A DNA stretch of 64,000 nucleotides from Tubiluchus corallicola. Taxonomy: Eukaryota; Animalia; Priapulida. The stretch lies in the NCBI GenBank assembly GCA_030141605.1, contig JAQGDQ010000022.1, positions 434,001 to 498,000 on the forward strand, written 5' to 3'. The position numbers and the translations under genes were made by a program. Of this stretch, positions 1 through 55,016 are shown piece by piece. Every line of letters begins with the position of its first letter. Position 1 is the first letter of the stretch. The notes beneath the pieces are model-generated. The model was not told the DNA's origin, did no database searches, and saw nothing but the letters and a program-made list of their open reading frames with translations.

Positions 1-1500
1 TCGTCTCAAGTATATAACAATTCTGAGACAGTGGCATACTGGCGGTGACGGTGGCATCAAGTGATAGTAACGTTGGTAATGTTGGTGATGGTAATAGCGG
101 CCATACTGGCAGCACTCCTATGTTAAAATGTCAACCGACGCGTCAACCACCAAAGTGCCGATCAACTGTATAAGCTCCTACAGGACCATCCACATATAAC
201 GATATCAAGTTTAGGATAGGCAGATGGCAGAGGGCGTGATAACGCCTTTATAACGCAAGGTAGGTGATTTAGTCATGATATCGTTATCGTTCTTAGAGGA
301 CGGAGAAATCACCAGGAGAACCTGCAGGCTTTGAAGCGTTTGTCATGCATCTCAAAAATCCAGGAAGACACACTTAAAGTGTTGTCGTTAACGTAAAAAG
401 CGGCAGATTGCGCAAACGAACAACCAACTCATCCAGTACGTCTGGCAGCGACGTTGAAAAAGGAATGACTGGTTGTAATCGGCCGTGAGGAGGAGGACTC
501 TGTAGAAAATGTCGATGTGAATGAGTTCAGTGAATCGGGGGTGCCACCGCCTCCACTGCCGATGCCAGTAAAAGCGATTGATGGTTTCCTATTAATTAAC
601 ACAAGTGATGTTGTTGCCTGTCCTTGGGAGGAGGAAGAATAAAATATACGAAATGCTACATCGGTGTGATATCGATATTAACATAAGGGGGAGGTAGGTG
701 GAGGGGCATTAACCCCATTATAACGTAACGTAGGTAGGTCCTCGAAATCGTATGAAAAATAATATTGTTATAATTATGTGGGTGGCCCCGTACTGATGGT
801 ACCCAGACCGCTTGGAACTCGTGGTCATCAGCAGTTATCATCTTTTGCACTTTAAGGTTAAATTCAATTCAAAATAGCAAAAAATATAAACAACTTACTT
901 TTCATTTGTATAACTGCTTTTAGACATTATTCAAGGTCCAAATCTGCGAGAAATCTTGTCACAATAAAGTAGCCTTTCCGGAGTTTCTCCTTTGCAACGC
1001 TAGCTGCTTCTTGGCGATCTAATACTTTGGTCTGATACAAATTAAATATCTTGGCTGAACCGATCAGCAAGGTGTTGTAAGCAAACGGAAGCTCTCCTAA
1101 AGCAAATTTGCAAAATGAGGTAATACATGTCTCCGAGCTTTATCTGATCATGATTTATTTACTGTCCAGCAAAAGTAAACAGTTATTCAGGAAAGGATGT
1201 CATGATAGGCGTTTTTCGAACTAGTGCTGTTTTATGCTATTTATTAAGCACTGGAATACATCATAATTATGTTATCGTTGCGGAACTCAGACACTAGACG
1301 CTCCTGTACCTCCTCCGCATCAATGTATATTTGCCATCTTCAAGTCTTATTGACAGAAGTAGCAGTAAAATATTGCTTTGGTGTCCAAGTTCGAACGAAC
1401 GACTAGACAAGGTCGACGCTACATCATCATCATCATCATCACTACGTTATCATAACTCAATGTATGATCGTTATTCTTCTCTTTGTACTGAGTTACCATT
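1..1500 (-). pseudogene. Decayed, apparently spliced gene or transposon-gene remnant of unknown family
   Basis: GC-richer than flanks. A minus-strand exon-like block at 899-1097 lies between tttgctttag and gtaagt and reads GELPFAYNTLLIGSAKIFNLYQTKVLDRQEAASVAKEKLRKGYFIVTRFLADLDLE*CLK. Adjacent blocks are also protein-like but interrupted by TGA/TAA stops. Confidence 0.3.
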
Positions 1501-2959
1501 TTCTTTCAATTTATACTGTGATTTGGAATTTATAGCAATTTAAAATTTACGTAGCCTGTACAATATGTTATGCTAAAGCTGTATAGATGACAGTTGTAAC
1601 AACAACGGCAGCGACGGTAGATGCGGTTATTATTAATTGTGACTGGGGCACTGATAAGTATTGCTGAATCAATGCCTGTTACCACAATAGTAGCATTGTT
1701 GCTGCTGTACTGTGCAATATCTCTGCAATTCTGCAATTCCCTATTTACATGGTGCATCCTAGGCATGCATCCAGGTGTGCGTTTTTCGTAGTAGAAACAT
1801 GAAACCAATATATTTTTAGATTGTCTATATATTACGATAATACTTTTGGTATGTTATTTAAACAAGTAATAAAGTATTTTTGTGAAACTTGTTATATTTA
1901 CACAAATTGTGAAACGCCAGTCAACCTCACAATGGCCAATCAGATGTTTTAGCTGGCTAACTGCTCCAGTGCTTCAAAAGTTACTCACAAAGAAGACGGT
2001 AGATGCACTTGCAGGATACGGTTAAACGTGCCAAATGTGCCGAGAAAGTGAGTGTGTACGTATAATTAGATTATTTTTGCTTAGGGAAAAAAGCCAGACA
2101 AACTTTGCTGATAGATGAAACACACATGAGACCATATCAAAAACTGAACCCTTTAAAATTTATTTGAAAAACATGTTATCTTTTCCAAAGTAGTTAGTTT
2201 TCAATTTTTTTCAATTTTCAATTTTGTAATTGGACGTCATTGTATAACGTAAGAACATAATAGTATTACTTTATTTCAGTACTATACAGTGGGATTTTGC
2301 TAGCTAGATGCTGCTGTACAGAATAATAACAGGATTCATTAAACTAGACAGTTAGTTGGCCTGTTAATTATTATATTCACAAAGTTTAGCCTGAGCAGCT
2401 CAGGTTCTAAAATCCAACGTTATTGCTTAGTGCTTATACAAATCTTTAATGCATAAGTTGTTTTGCGTACATGTATTTTTGTACCTATAAATAGGTATAG
2501 TGTATATCCTTCTAAGTAGTTGAGATATTTAGATTTGTTTTGCCACTAAGGAAGATTTTTGCAACGGTTCAGCTAGATCGCATAATAAAGCGTTAATTCT
2601 CATACTTAAATTTGAACCCAATTAAGTCACTGAAAAATAATTTTTTGCGATGTAAGTAAAAATATTTATAATTTTACTTTTGTAAAAAGTTCGGGCGATG
2701 GTAGACTTTTTTCATTGAAGACATATGCATTCTGGTGGTCGGGGTAGCATAAACGGCTTTTAATCTTTGATATCATGCACATATCATTGATAAAAATTGT
2801 TGAATCCTCTTTATAATGATTTGCTAGACCATTTCATGTAGACGGATCTAAGTATAACAGTGATACTTTTTTTGGAATAATTAAGTGACAAAATTTTAAT
2901 CATTATACATCACCTATTTTCGTATTTTCTCCGAATGTTTATGTACGTTTTTTAGAAGG

Positions 2960-3240
2960 CTGTCAGCGAGCAAGTGTTTGCGAGAATTTTATAATGTGTA
3001 GGAAGAAAGGCCGCAAAATCATCTGTTGGATAATGTGATGTCTAATGGTGCATTTGCGACGTTTGCATAAGCTTGAATGTCGTGATTGTGATTGTGCGTC
3101 GACGAGCGTGTGAGTTAAATCGACAGGTTGGTTTTGAGATATGGCAGCGCCTGTTGGTTGTGCGGTGTGCGCTAACTGCAGGGACTACACTGTGTATGTA
3201 CGGTGAAATTTATGAAGTTATAGTAACATACAACCGATGC
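2960..3240 (+). promoter_or_regulatory. Probable XYLB promoter / non-coding first exon
   Basis: Locally CpG-rich island in AT-rich DNA containing TGGCAGCGCC (resembles Drosophila core promoter Ohler motif 8). The first coding exon has an acceptor (ttttctag, 4861-4868), so an upstream 5' UTR exon is expected. Confidence 0.4.
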
Positions 3241-3442
3241 AGCTTAATATTGTACATACGCAAGTTGAAACTTTAATTTCCCATTCCGTATCTGTATCGC
3301 ACAGTATATTTCTTCTGATTTTTTGTTTGTTTGTCAGATATAATTTCTATACTCATTGTGTTTTGCCTGAAATATCTAAAGTACCGTTAATTACCACGTA
3401 TTTCCTTAGAATCATTAGTAATTACTGTTCTTTCTCTTTTCC

Positions 3443-3462
3443 CTCTCTCTCCTCTCCTCTCC

Positions 3463-3522
<60 letters not shown>
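3443..3522. repeat. (CT)n microsatellite
   Basis: Direct reading; explains the SLSLSL ORF at 3237-3575. Confidence 0.97.
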
Positions 3523-3525
<3 letters not shown>

Positions 3526-4910
3526 CGCGCTGTCTTGTACATTTTGTCTTTTTGTTTTATAAATTACTTTCATGAATTATGAGGCGTACATGGAGTGCTT
3601 TAAGCGACCATCCCATTAAATAAACTTTCCGTTTTTACATATGTAAATAAATGCATCACTTAATTATATTATTTGTAACCCTTACACTTCTTGGATGTGA
3701 TAAAATGTATGGTGTCTCATAACTACTTAGGAAAACATGAACTCGTGAAATAAAATAGGTTGTCATTTCTTGTAAAAGTATTTTCAATCATGTCAAAACT
3801 GAAGTTGGGTTGTGCTTTACCTTTTTTCATATTTAATTCTACACTTAGAGCTATTTTGCCACTAGAACTTTAATGATAACAATATGGTGACTCATGTTGG
3901 CAAAGAAGAGAAAATCTTATTAGTTGGTACACTTCTGAAGCTAGTAAGCTAGTCTTTTGTGTATTTCATTTGCCAGACTGAAACTGATCTTTTCGTTTCT
4001 GACAAATGATCAGACCACGTATTATGAGATCACTGACAGAAAACATCAAACTGCACAGATTTAAGCAAAATAACCTATTTTATAGAAAACAGTGAAGAAG
4101 TTTCATGGCAATAGATTCATCAGCTTAAGGTGGCAATGTTACAGCTGACTTACAATGGGGAAGCCAAGATTGGACAGAGGCTAACAGTTAAATAGTAATG
4201 CCTACATCACAAGTGGGATGTAACCAAAGTGACAGAGGGAAGTGGGCACATTTGAAGCCATAGTGCTCTTACAGTATACCATATATAGTTTTGAAATTTG
4301 TATTTAGCTGTAGCTATAAAAATGAAACTCTGTGTGTCTGTCTGTGTGTTATTTGTGCATGCCTACTTACAACATAGTGAGCATACCCCCAATGTAGTGT
4401 ACTGGGAAAGTCTTAGGCGATGACACGTCCCAATATGGCAGTTAATGTGGCATTCAAAATAGCCCATTTCAGACATACTGCTATATATAGTCACCCAGTA
4501 TGTCTTTTTAGGAGGTTCCGGGTTCCAATATGTCCGAATAATAATGTTCAATATGATGGCCAAATTGGCAACTAAACTAACACCTGATTTAGCTGGTAAT
4601 AACTATGTCATAACATTTTTTGTCTGCTTTCTGCAGTACTTTAATTATCTTCTACCATTTAAAGATTCTATTAGTATTAGATGCAAACTCACAAGAAAAA
4701 TTTGTTGATTTTCTAAACCGAATGTTTGTCATTTTTTATTGAGTACATTATTGATAATTCTTGTTGAACTTGTTCCTAGCCAATATTTTTGACAAATCTG
4801 TTGTGTGATGAGGTGTTTACTCCATATGTTGTTTTTTTATTTTTATGGTTACTAATTAAATTTTCTAGCCACTGCTAAGTGTGCTGACATTCTAATCAAA
4901 GGAATCAAAG

Positions 4911-19101
<14,191 letters not shown>

Positions 19102-21266
19102 ATTACATTGGCAACAGACAAACAGGCAACAGTGAGCATATCAGCTATGGTAATATTATATGCTCAACCACAAATATATAGTAAAATCACTAATTATATA
19201 TCAGTTTCATTTGCACTGTTGCTTAAACTTTTGGCCTATATTTCACCCAACACTTTGCTCTTGTGATATCTGGTTAATAATGGTGAAATCATTGTCTCCA
19301 ATTTATGTTTTTTTCTAATACTATGCTGCCTGTAAAAGGATTGTCATCTGGTTTTTTCATTGTCTTTGAATTATTTCGTTACTACTACAGTGGAATCTGT
19401 CAGTCAACAATTTGCAATGTTGCTCAAGGCTATTGTTGTTAATAGATTTAGATAATAATTTAAAATACGGTGCTAAAGAGAAGGAAAACGTCTTCATTTT
19501 GGTTAAAATGTATTGACAATAATTGATCAGTTCTTGTTTTTTATAAAACAGTGTTTCTTTTGCACTTGTTTAATCCTGTCCTATAAACTGATATAGAAAA
19601 AACATCCAATTGAATTCAAAACTAGTTTAAAGTAGGGCTTGCTGTTCCATAATCACTGTCATGACTTCTAAGTCATAATCACGGCCGTGCTTTGCATATC
19701 TATCATTTGCAAGATATGGTATAATGGCTTATCCTATAGACTGATGCAAGCTGTGATTTTTGAATAATAAGAGATGTATTGATTTTTTAAAATTTGCAAA
19801 AAAAATTTTGTTGGCTTTGCACATAAGAGTTTATCGACAGTCGATAGTCAACCAACAGCAACGAAATTTTGTGATTTGTCTGATTGTGTTAGGGTTTTTT
19901 TCCTTCAATCTACTGCTTCAGAAAGAATGATTTGCAGTCTTCCTGTGAACTGCAGTTATTTCGTGCACCTCTTTATGTTAGGCCCTGTGGGAGTGATAAT
20001 CTCTTCATGATTTATTAATTGCGGTTATAGCTAATGAAAGTTTGCTGTGTGACTGCCTAATTAATGCGCTGTTAAATTGGCACACGTGTCTAAATGACCA
20101 GATTTCAGAGATGAAACTGTATCCAACTGTCAGTGGATCATCGAGTCAGCTCTTAATGACCTTTACCGAGGTCACCAGTTCGTGTAAATGTATAGGAGAT
20201 TTTATTTTAGTTTCTAAAAATTGATTTGGTATTTAACCTGCATTGACACTAGTCTTTTGCAAACTTCTAATGGTTAACAATAAATCAAGTGACAGCACTG
20301 TAGAAACAAATCTTTGTAGGCGATTAATAAATATAACTGAGGCATGACATTTTTTAGAATTCATACACCAATTTTTTTCATTGCTACTGTTAAGCATCGA
20401 GTTTTAGGGCATTGAACCATAAAATTGAATAACTTCTAAATTATAGTACATAAAATCACAAAACCTACAGGTAGCACGCGCCTGAGGCGGGGCAGAGATA
20501 TTGATATGGTTAAGGTTTAAAGCCATATATAGCAGCCAAAATGTGAAAATTGGGACAAATTATTCTATTACACATTTGTAAACTGCACTTGAGCCAGTCA
20601 TAATTTAATCACAAGCCCTACACTGTATAGTCGTCGAGTGTATAGACTGTATTAGAGTCCTTTAGAAATCACAAATCTGAGAGCTAACTCAGGCGTGCAG
20701 GGAATAGACAAGAACATAACATGTTGTTAATGTATATTTGACAAGTTTATATTAATACTTGTGCACAAATTTTAAATTCAGGCATGTTAACTGAGTAATT
20801 CTTATAATGTATAATGCATTTAAACTTATTGACATGTTAGATAAAGGTCCTTTACACCCGAAAACCAACACAAATAGTATAGTTATTTAACAGCTTTAAT
20901 AAAAAAAACAAACAAACGGGCAATTCTGGCAAAGATGTAAATGATTACAATGAAGAATGATGGTGAAAATACTGAAAAAATGCGATCCTGAGGTCACTGA
21001 CCTCTCAATGTCACCAAAGGTGAGATACAAAATGTCTCCACATCTAGAGGTATGAAGATTGTGCTGAAACTTTCATGCTGTAGTCATTAAACGCACAATT
21101 ATTTAGCTTATCAGCCCCACTAATATTATCTTATTATAATCACATTCCTTGGTAATTGTCTTAAATGTGGGCGTTATACATTGGCGAAACGTAAAACGGA
21201 GGTTAATGGACAATAAACAACTACGACAACATTGTAAGGATAAGTACGCACACTAAAAGGCAATAC

Positions 21267-21280
21267 GTTACCAAGGTAAC
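21267..21280. promoter_or_regulatory. RFX X-box-like palindrome
   Basis: GTTACCAAGGTAAC in a CpG-containing intergenic segment upstream of the SLC35F gene. Confidence 0.45.
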
Positions 21281-22599
21281 GCTATAAACACGGCATTATT
21301 GAACAAGACGTCTCTACTTTAAATCAGGCTGGTGTATAGGGTCTTCCTGTCTAAAGAAACTCGTATAGTGTGTCAAGTGCTTTAATTGCGCATGCGTGGT
21401 GCTAAAATCTCATCTGTAATACAGTATATCTTTTGTTATGCGTTACAATGGTATTTGGCAGCAGATATATACTACACAAATAACTGACTCAAAATTAATA
21501 TTAGACGGGCTATGATTTCAAAAACTGCGGCCAAAGCAGGCTTACAACACGTATTATATTTTTGTCATAATTATAGTTGCTATTAATCAGCACAAATAAG
21601 CTGATTTTATCGAAATTTAGTCGAAAGTATAACAATTTCGGATAAGACCGACTCTGAAATCTGAAATAATGAGTTAGCTCGAACGCCATGCGATTCTTTT
21701 TACAAATTCTAATAACAGGCCATTAACCAGCAAATTACTAAATTTAAAAAAATCACATATGATAACAAACCTGAACGATTCACATCTGAATAACAAAAGG
21801 GCACGCGATAAGCCAGTAGGTTTTTTATTCATTATTTCGAAGTCGCCTTTCACCAAGATATGATGGACTCTCGTTCAAATAACGACATAATTATCTTTGC
21901 AAATCATGAATCATTGTCCGGAATCTTATGCGTCTTGCGCCTGTTGTGCGCGTAAAAAATACATTTTTTGCAAACGCTTATTGTGTTCATTAGACATGGG
22001 CCTATGTAGAACATGATAGCGTCCTACTTAAATCATACGTGACTTTCCGTCTTCACAATAAGTCTCGATACAGGCTCTAGCATTCAAGAAGTAATCAATC
22101 TAATACGATACATGCTGTGTAATTGTGCTCATAATATCCATAAAGGAGTTGATTGAAAACTCTGCACTAGCTTATACGTATACGTGCACGTTTAATGACA
22201 CGTAGCTTGCACTTCTCAAAGAAATTCTACATATCTGTATGCAAGATGGCATATACCCAAATTATATACAAAACTAGAAATAGGCAAAATACTTACGTCA
22301 TTCAATACCTAACTGTAGGCGTTTCAGTATCAACACAGATTGCAATTTAGATTGCTTTTCAATACAGATTTTGATATTAGTGTATTGAATTAATCTGGAC
22401 TTTAATGATTCAGTTTTCTAAACAAAAAACAACCATTTCTGTTTCTTCATTTGGGAAAATTTCCTTGCAACTTGTATTTTTGTAAAATATACCATATCAC
22501 AACAAAACATGTTTCACTTGTATTGAAATTTACTAAATTATATTGAAATACCAGAAGCTGGCGTTTTCATGTGTGGCTATTTTGTGTCGAGTAGACCTC

Positions 22600-23340
22600 T
22601 TGTAATTAAGATGAATTCAATTCAGGTAGCGCACGCGGTGCATTAAACACCGCCACGTCCTACTTTACCGCTTGCGTACGTGCTAATCGACGATGGGCTT
22701 CTCAGAAAGCTTTCCAACAGCCAAGCAGCTGCATCACTCATCTGTTCCGTCAAAACCAGGAAGCCCGTTATTACTGACTCAGAGTCGTAAGCGTTATTAG
22801 ATGAACAGCGTCGTCGATAACGATCAGTATTATAGATGAATTTTAGCACTGAAACGCACTGATTAGCGAAAAATTCCAAGCGAAGTTAGTTCGAAGACGA
22901 GTTTCTGGTATTATCTTCAGTTTGTTTCATCTAGATTCATCAATGAGTATCCTCCTTTATAAACATGGTACCATGAAGTTTTGAGAGGACCACCCCCCAA
23001 AGTGCTTTCTTGCGGCTTCCTTATTGGTACTTTCGTTGCAATTATTGGTGTAGTGTTTGTTGGTTTAGCAGTGATTATACAGTATTCCTAGTGATTTTGT
23101 TTTCTGTTAAACCGATTTCGAGATCGCTGAGCGATAAGTGTATGCATGCATATTGCAACACTACCTCGGATTGAATGCAGTGATACTCACTCGTGTTGCG
23201 TTCTGTGGATAGCTACTATCTCAACATCAACACCACAATGCAAGTCACCTTATAATTTTAAAAAATAATTTCATCATCAAATGATCTAGAAGTCTAGAAG
23301 CAGCCACGCGGTAACGCCAAGTTTTGCCAAACGGTAAAGC
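22600..23340 (+). promoter_or_regulatory. Probable promoter / 5' leader exon of the SLC35F gene
   Basis: CpG-rich island with candidate donors at ~23310 (GCG|GTAACG) and ~23334 (ACG|GTAAAG). The start-codon exon has an acceptor at 24080-24081. Confidence 0.4.
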
Positions 23341-24165
23341 AACCGTATCATGGGTATCATGAATATGGCATAATACATAGTGCAGAATAACTAAATTTTG
23401 TGCATTAAGACTTGTGAAAGTTATAGATTTAATCTTTTTGGTTCATCATAGCAAAAAAATAACTGCAAAACCACCCAAAAAAGCTTGTGTGCGCAAAACG
23501 AAGATCGTTTCTTGTCAAGTGGCTTATCACGGCTCCATTTTTGAAAAGGGCTTAGGAAATGACTACATTAATGGCTTACTGTGTAAGCTTTCGCGGGCAT
23601 AGCTAATGACAGTAGACATTCTGCTATTATTTAATGGATGTTATTATTACCATTACAACCGGCTATCGCTGATCATTAATCAGCGAGACACGAACCATGC
23701 ATTTGAACGAAAACCACATTTTAGTTTAATATAGAAGCCAGACAGAATTCTCTGAGCTTTTCGTTGCAGCGTAAATCAAGAATCTTAGGTTGATGACAAT
23801 GAAATTCCCTTGAGAAACAAACTCTCTCAGCCATGCCTATCGATCGAGAAGAGTTTAAGGGACTACGTGTGTAGTTTACACGCATTCTAAGAAGTTTTCA
23901 AAATTCAGCAGGCTTTAACATTTATAATTGTAGTCTACAAGTATCTAAACGGCAGCAGGAAAATAGAAAGCGATTATGCCAAACTTCAAAATAACTTCAG
24001 AATGAATTATTATTTAAAGTTTAATTGACATGTCTAAACAAACCATGTGGAGAGTTTTTTGAATCGCTGAATTTAACTCAGGTGTTTTGCAATGATGAGC
24101 CAGAACCGTTGACGTTCTTTGATAATGACTGGTGTCTGTAAGTGATCAAGGATCAGCTGGGGAGA

Positions 24166-51262
<27,097 letters not shown>

Positions 51263-54200
51263 TATTGTTAACTGAGTTTATGAAATACCTCCAACACAGT
51301 TATTTTCTTTGCCGTTATGTTGTGATATTAATTTTTCACACACTAAGACATGCTGCATTGTGAGCAATGCCAGTCCCTTAGATTATTGAAATTAATGGTT
51401 GTATTAATTGCCTGTCCCATACACTTTCACCTGTTGTTTATTGTTATTGTTGCATTTTTGTCAGTTGTGCAGGGTAACTTATATTGCGCATACATTACTG
51501 TGGTTGCAGTAATTTTTTGTATATGTTTGTGCCAAAAATTATTTATAAGGTGACAAGGAGGCAAAGCCTCCTACTGTTTGTTGATAGCCAAAGAACTTAT
51601 CAACTCGTTGATCATTGGCTTAAAATTTTGGTTTGTTTCTTGAAGTTGTGTTTATTTATAAAATTCTGTCACAATGGCTATTTATCTGAAAATTGGACCC
51701 GACTGCTAGTACAATAAATGTGTATGCAGCTTAGCTCATCCTCATTCTCAGCTTCTGTGTTTTCATATACTATGAAATCTGTATATATGTAAATAATTTA
51801 AGCAAAACGCTATTGTTATCAATAACTAAAGTCAAATTTGTGACACCCTTCTTAATAACTTCTCAAAGACTATTGTACTTTACTTAACACATATGCAAGA
51901 TCCTATGATTAGAGGGCAAATAAAGATGTTTAGGCATGCATGTTTGTGAATGCTTTTCTGTTAAAAACTGATTAGATTACTAAATTCAAAATGAGAAAAT
52001 ATGAATTTTAACTAAAACTTACAAAAGTTTGTAACTCAAAATTGTACTATCGTTTTATCAATTTTTTTGTACACATGATTGTGCGAGATTGTAAAATTTT
52101 ATGATAATGATCAGGCATTCTTTGAAAAAAGAAACAAAACAGTATTTTACAAAGTAAAATTCTTCAAGTTTAGTTTTTTACTTTCTGTTCTGAAAGTAAT
52201 TAATACCTGTAACTCAAATAACACAGTAAAAGAATCAGTAAGTGATTTTAATTAAACATTGCTTTCCGACTTTGTATCTTTTTTACCTTGGACATTCCTA
52301 GATGTTATCACGTTATACGGCTAAATCAAATTTGGGCCCCTCATCTATGGAATTCTTTATCAGATAATATCCTGATAAATCCAACCATGCTTCTAGAAGA
52401 GCACAAATGAATGGCATGTCACTCCTAAATTAGTTGCAAGAACTCTGGTATTTCAGACATGTAATCATATTTTCATTTTCTAATTGTAACCCCTTAAATA
52501 TCATTGAATGAGTATCATTGAATTTGTTTGGGACAATCTGTTTAGAATAGCTACAATTGTAAACATATATGCCAAAGATCTTTTACTAGGTGTGTAAACT
52601 GATCGTTGCTTAGTACGCAAAGAAGTAAAAGCTAATTTTAAAGCTTAAAAATTATGCTCTGTATTATCTATGACAATTTTTTGCCAACTTTAAACTGGCA
52701 CCAATCTAGAATGACAAAAGTAAACATTTCTATGTACGACTGATAACTTCAAAAATTTTTAACCATTAATTAAACTTCAACCATAGTAATCTTGTACAAC
52801 GTAAAACAAAAATATTTACACTAAAATAAGCATAAAATGAATTAATCAAGTGGCTTGATTAAAAATGAATTAACATTAATCTAGATTTGACAAAGCCGTG
52901 TTATGAAAATACCAACATTACCCTTGGTTTAGTATATTTTTAAATTAGAAGAGCAGATGAGCAGCAATGGGTAAAAAGTGGCAAGACTGCTACATAAGTG
53001 GTATTTGAAGCACATTTCTCAACGATTAGCTGCAAAATCTGTGACACTCAATTTACATTTCTCATCTGTTTCAACCCTATACGTTTGTTTTTTGTGAGTA
53101 GCATAGCCATATACACCATATAACAGTAATGTTATTATAAAATGCTGTTTGTTAGATTTCGTTATTATTAAATATTTTATTAGATATTAAATGTTAAAGA
53201 CCCTATACAGATATATCAAACTGTCGAAAGGGAAAATCGAACTTCCGGATAACCGGGCAAAGTTGTTGCGACAGTCCAAAAGAATAGGTGCAACGATGTC
53301 CACGCATGTTCTACATTTTTTCGAAAAGAACAAATATAAATTAGCTGAGATTTGTCCTACAAATCCTGCAGATCATATTGTAACAATAGCACTGAACACC
53401 AGATAATAGACATCAGTATAGGTATTCGTCATTTGTTTATATCAATAACTGGTAGCGAAAATTAGCAGTCACACATAAATTGACTTTGCAGAACAGCTAC
53501 AGCTCTCTCCTTTGCTACAACAATGTTTGCCCATAATTATCAGAAATTTGAACAGCATTAGGAAAAAACATAGATCATTAAATTCAACAATGTTTCAGCT
53601 AATAATGTTCCCTTGGCAGAGAAGCTGCTTAGATGTAAAGTTTTTACTCAAGAAAAAACTAATGATTGTTGTTTTGCAAATTTTACAACTTTGTTTCTAT
53701 GGCAAACTTCAGAATCATGCATTTAACCACAAACTGAACTTAAGCAAGTTTAAATGGAGACAAAACAAACAGCTAGTCACAATCTGTTGAAATCTTGTTA
53801 AAACTAGCAGAATTACACGTAGATTGATTACGATTTACATTTACAGTATAATCCGCTTATAATGAGTTTCATAATAGCTGAGGTCAATCGTTTAAGTGTA
53901 TGTGCAAAATAGAAGTGAAACCTATAAGGCGAATATGGTGTAAAAATGAAAAAACACTTTCTTTTGAAACTGGCACAAGCTCCTTGATGAATGCCACCCT
54001 TCAGCAATTATTTTATCACAAAAAATAAACTTATAGGGTATAAACTCAATTATTTCCAAGGTTAAGATAGTATTTTATGCAGTTAATTCTTGCATAAAAC
54101 CACCATGACAATTTGCTTGAATTCTTAGTTACCACTGTGATTTATTGCACATAACATCTGTTGATAGATGAGTGTGTTTTGTATGGGTGTTACAGTAGAG

Positions 54201-55016
54201 TCATTTGACTGCATGGCAAGACCCTGCTTGCCTGCACGGACACATATTTAAATAGCTGTGCAGACATAATATCATTTATAACTATGAGCATTTAAGCATG
54301 GGCATACGTCAGATAATAACTAAGTTTACAGTCTTAGCTAGCCTACATGTGCTGTTTAATGTAAAATCACCATATTCATTTAAAATAACATTTTATTAAA
54401 AATTAAACTGTGAAAAGTCACAGAATCACTTACTTTGGAAAGCAAAATAGTTTATTTTTTGAAAAACCTGGTATCGTAGACTTTGTTTCATTAAATTGCA
54501 CCACAGCTTTATTCAAGAAGCTGTCAACTTTTAGAAGGCATAAGAAGTCATTATAACTTTTTGAAGTCATTATCAATTGTCGATGACTTCACATATTTGT
54601 ATACTTTTATGCCACTTCAATTTTACGAAAAAGTATTTATCTTTTCATTTCTATTGAAATGACATTTTATGCCCGCTTCATTCTGAGTGCACGTACTGTA
54701 CTTGATATGCATTGTTTTATGCATGATCAACATATTAATCACCACAGTGACTTTTTGACCTTGGTGAATGGTGCTCATTATAATTTGCGTCGTTACATGT
54801 AGGTCGTTAAGTATGATCACGGGGTGGAAAAAAATTTCCTCGTAATAAGCCAGATCTCATAATATCATGGGTTGCTGTAGGCAACGTTTAAATATATTAC
54901 TTAAGTCTAAGATTTGACAGGTCTTTGAAATTTGCCCGCAATGGCTAGAGGCTCGCTATAACAGGCCTCGTCATAAGTGGATTATACTGTAGTACGTTTC
55001 AACTAAAAACGACAGT

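Noticed and set aside
19102-19266. 54 open codons after the XYLB TGA (possible readthrough extension)
   Set aside because: The stop context TGA-A is not a leaky context, the protein already ends where XYLB orthologues end, and the run length is plausible by chance.
20985-21122. Possible single transposon end (…CTTATCAGCCCCACTA)
   Set aside because: No partner inverted repeat or target-site duplication found by eye.
20468-22640. Two CAGGTAG (Zelda-type) heptamers followed by GCACGCG
   Set aside because: 7-mers are expected by chance in 64 kb, and the taxon is unknown.
22600-24165. TPP riboswitch sought upstream of a putative thiamine transporter
   Set aside because: No CUGAGA / CCUGA...UAAU...GCG.AGG core seen; TPP riboswitches are not established in animals.
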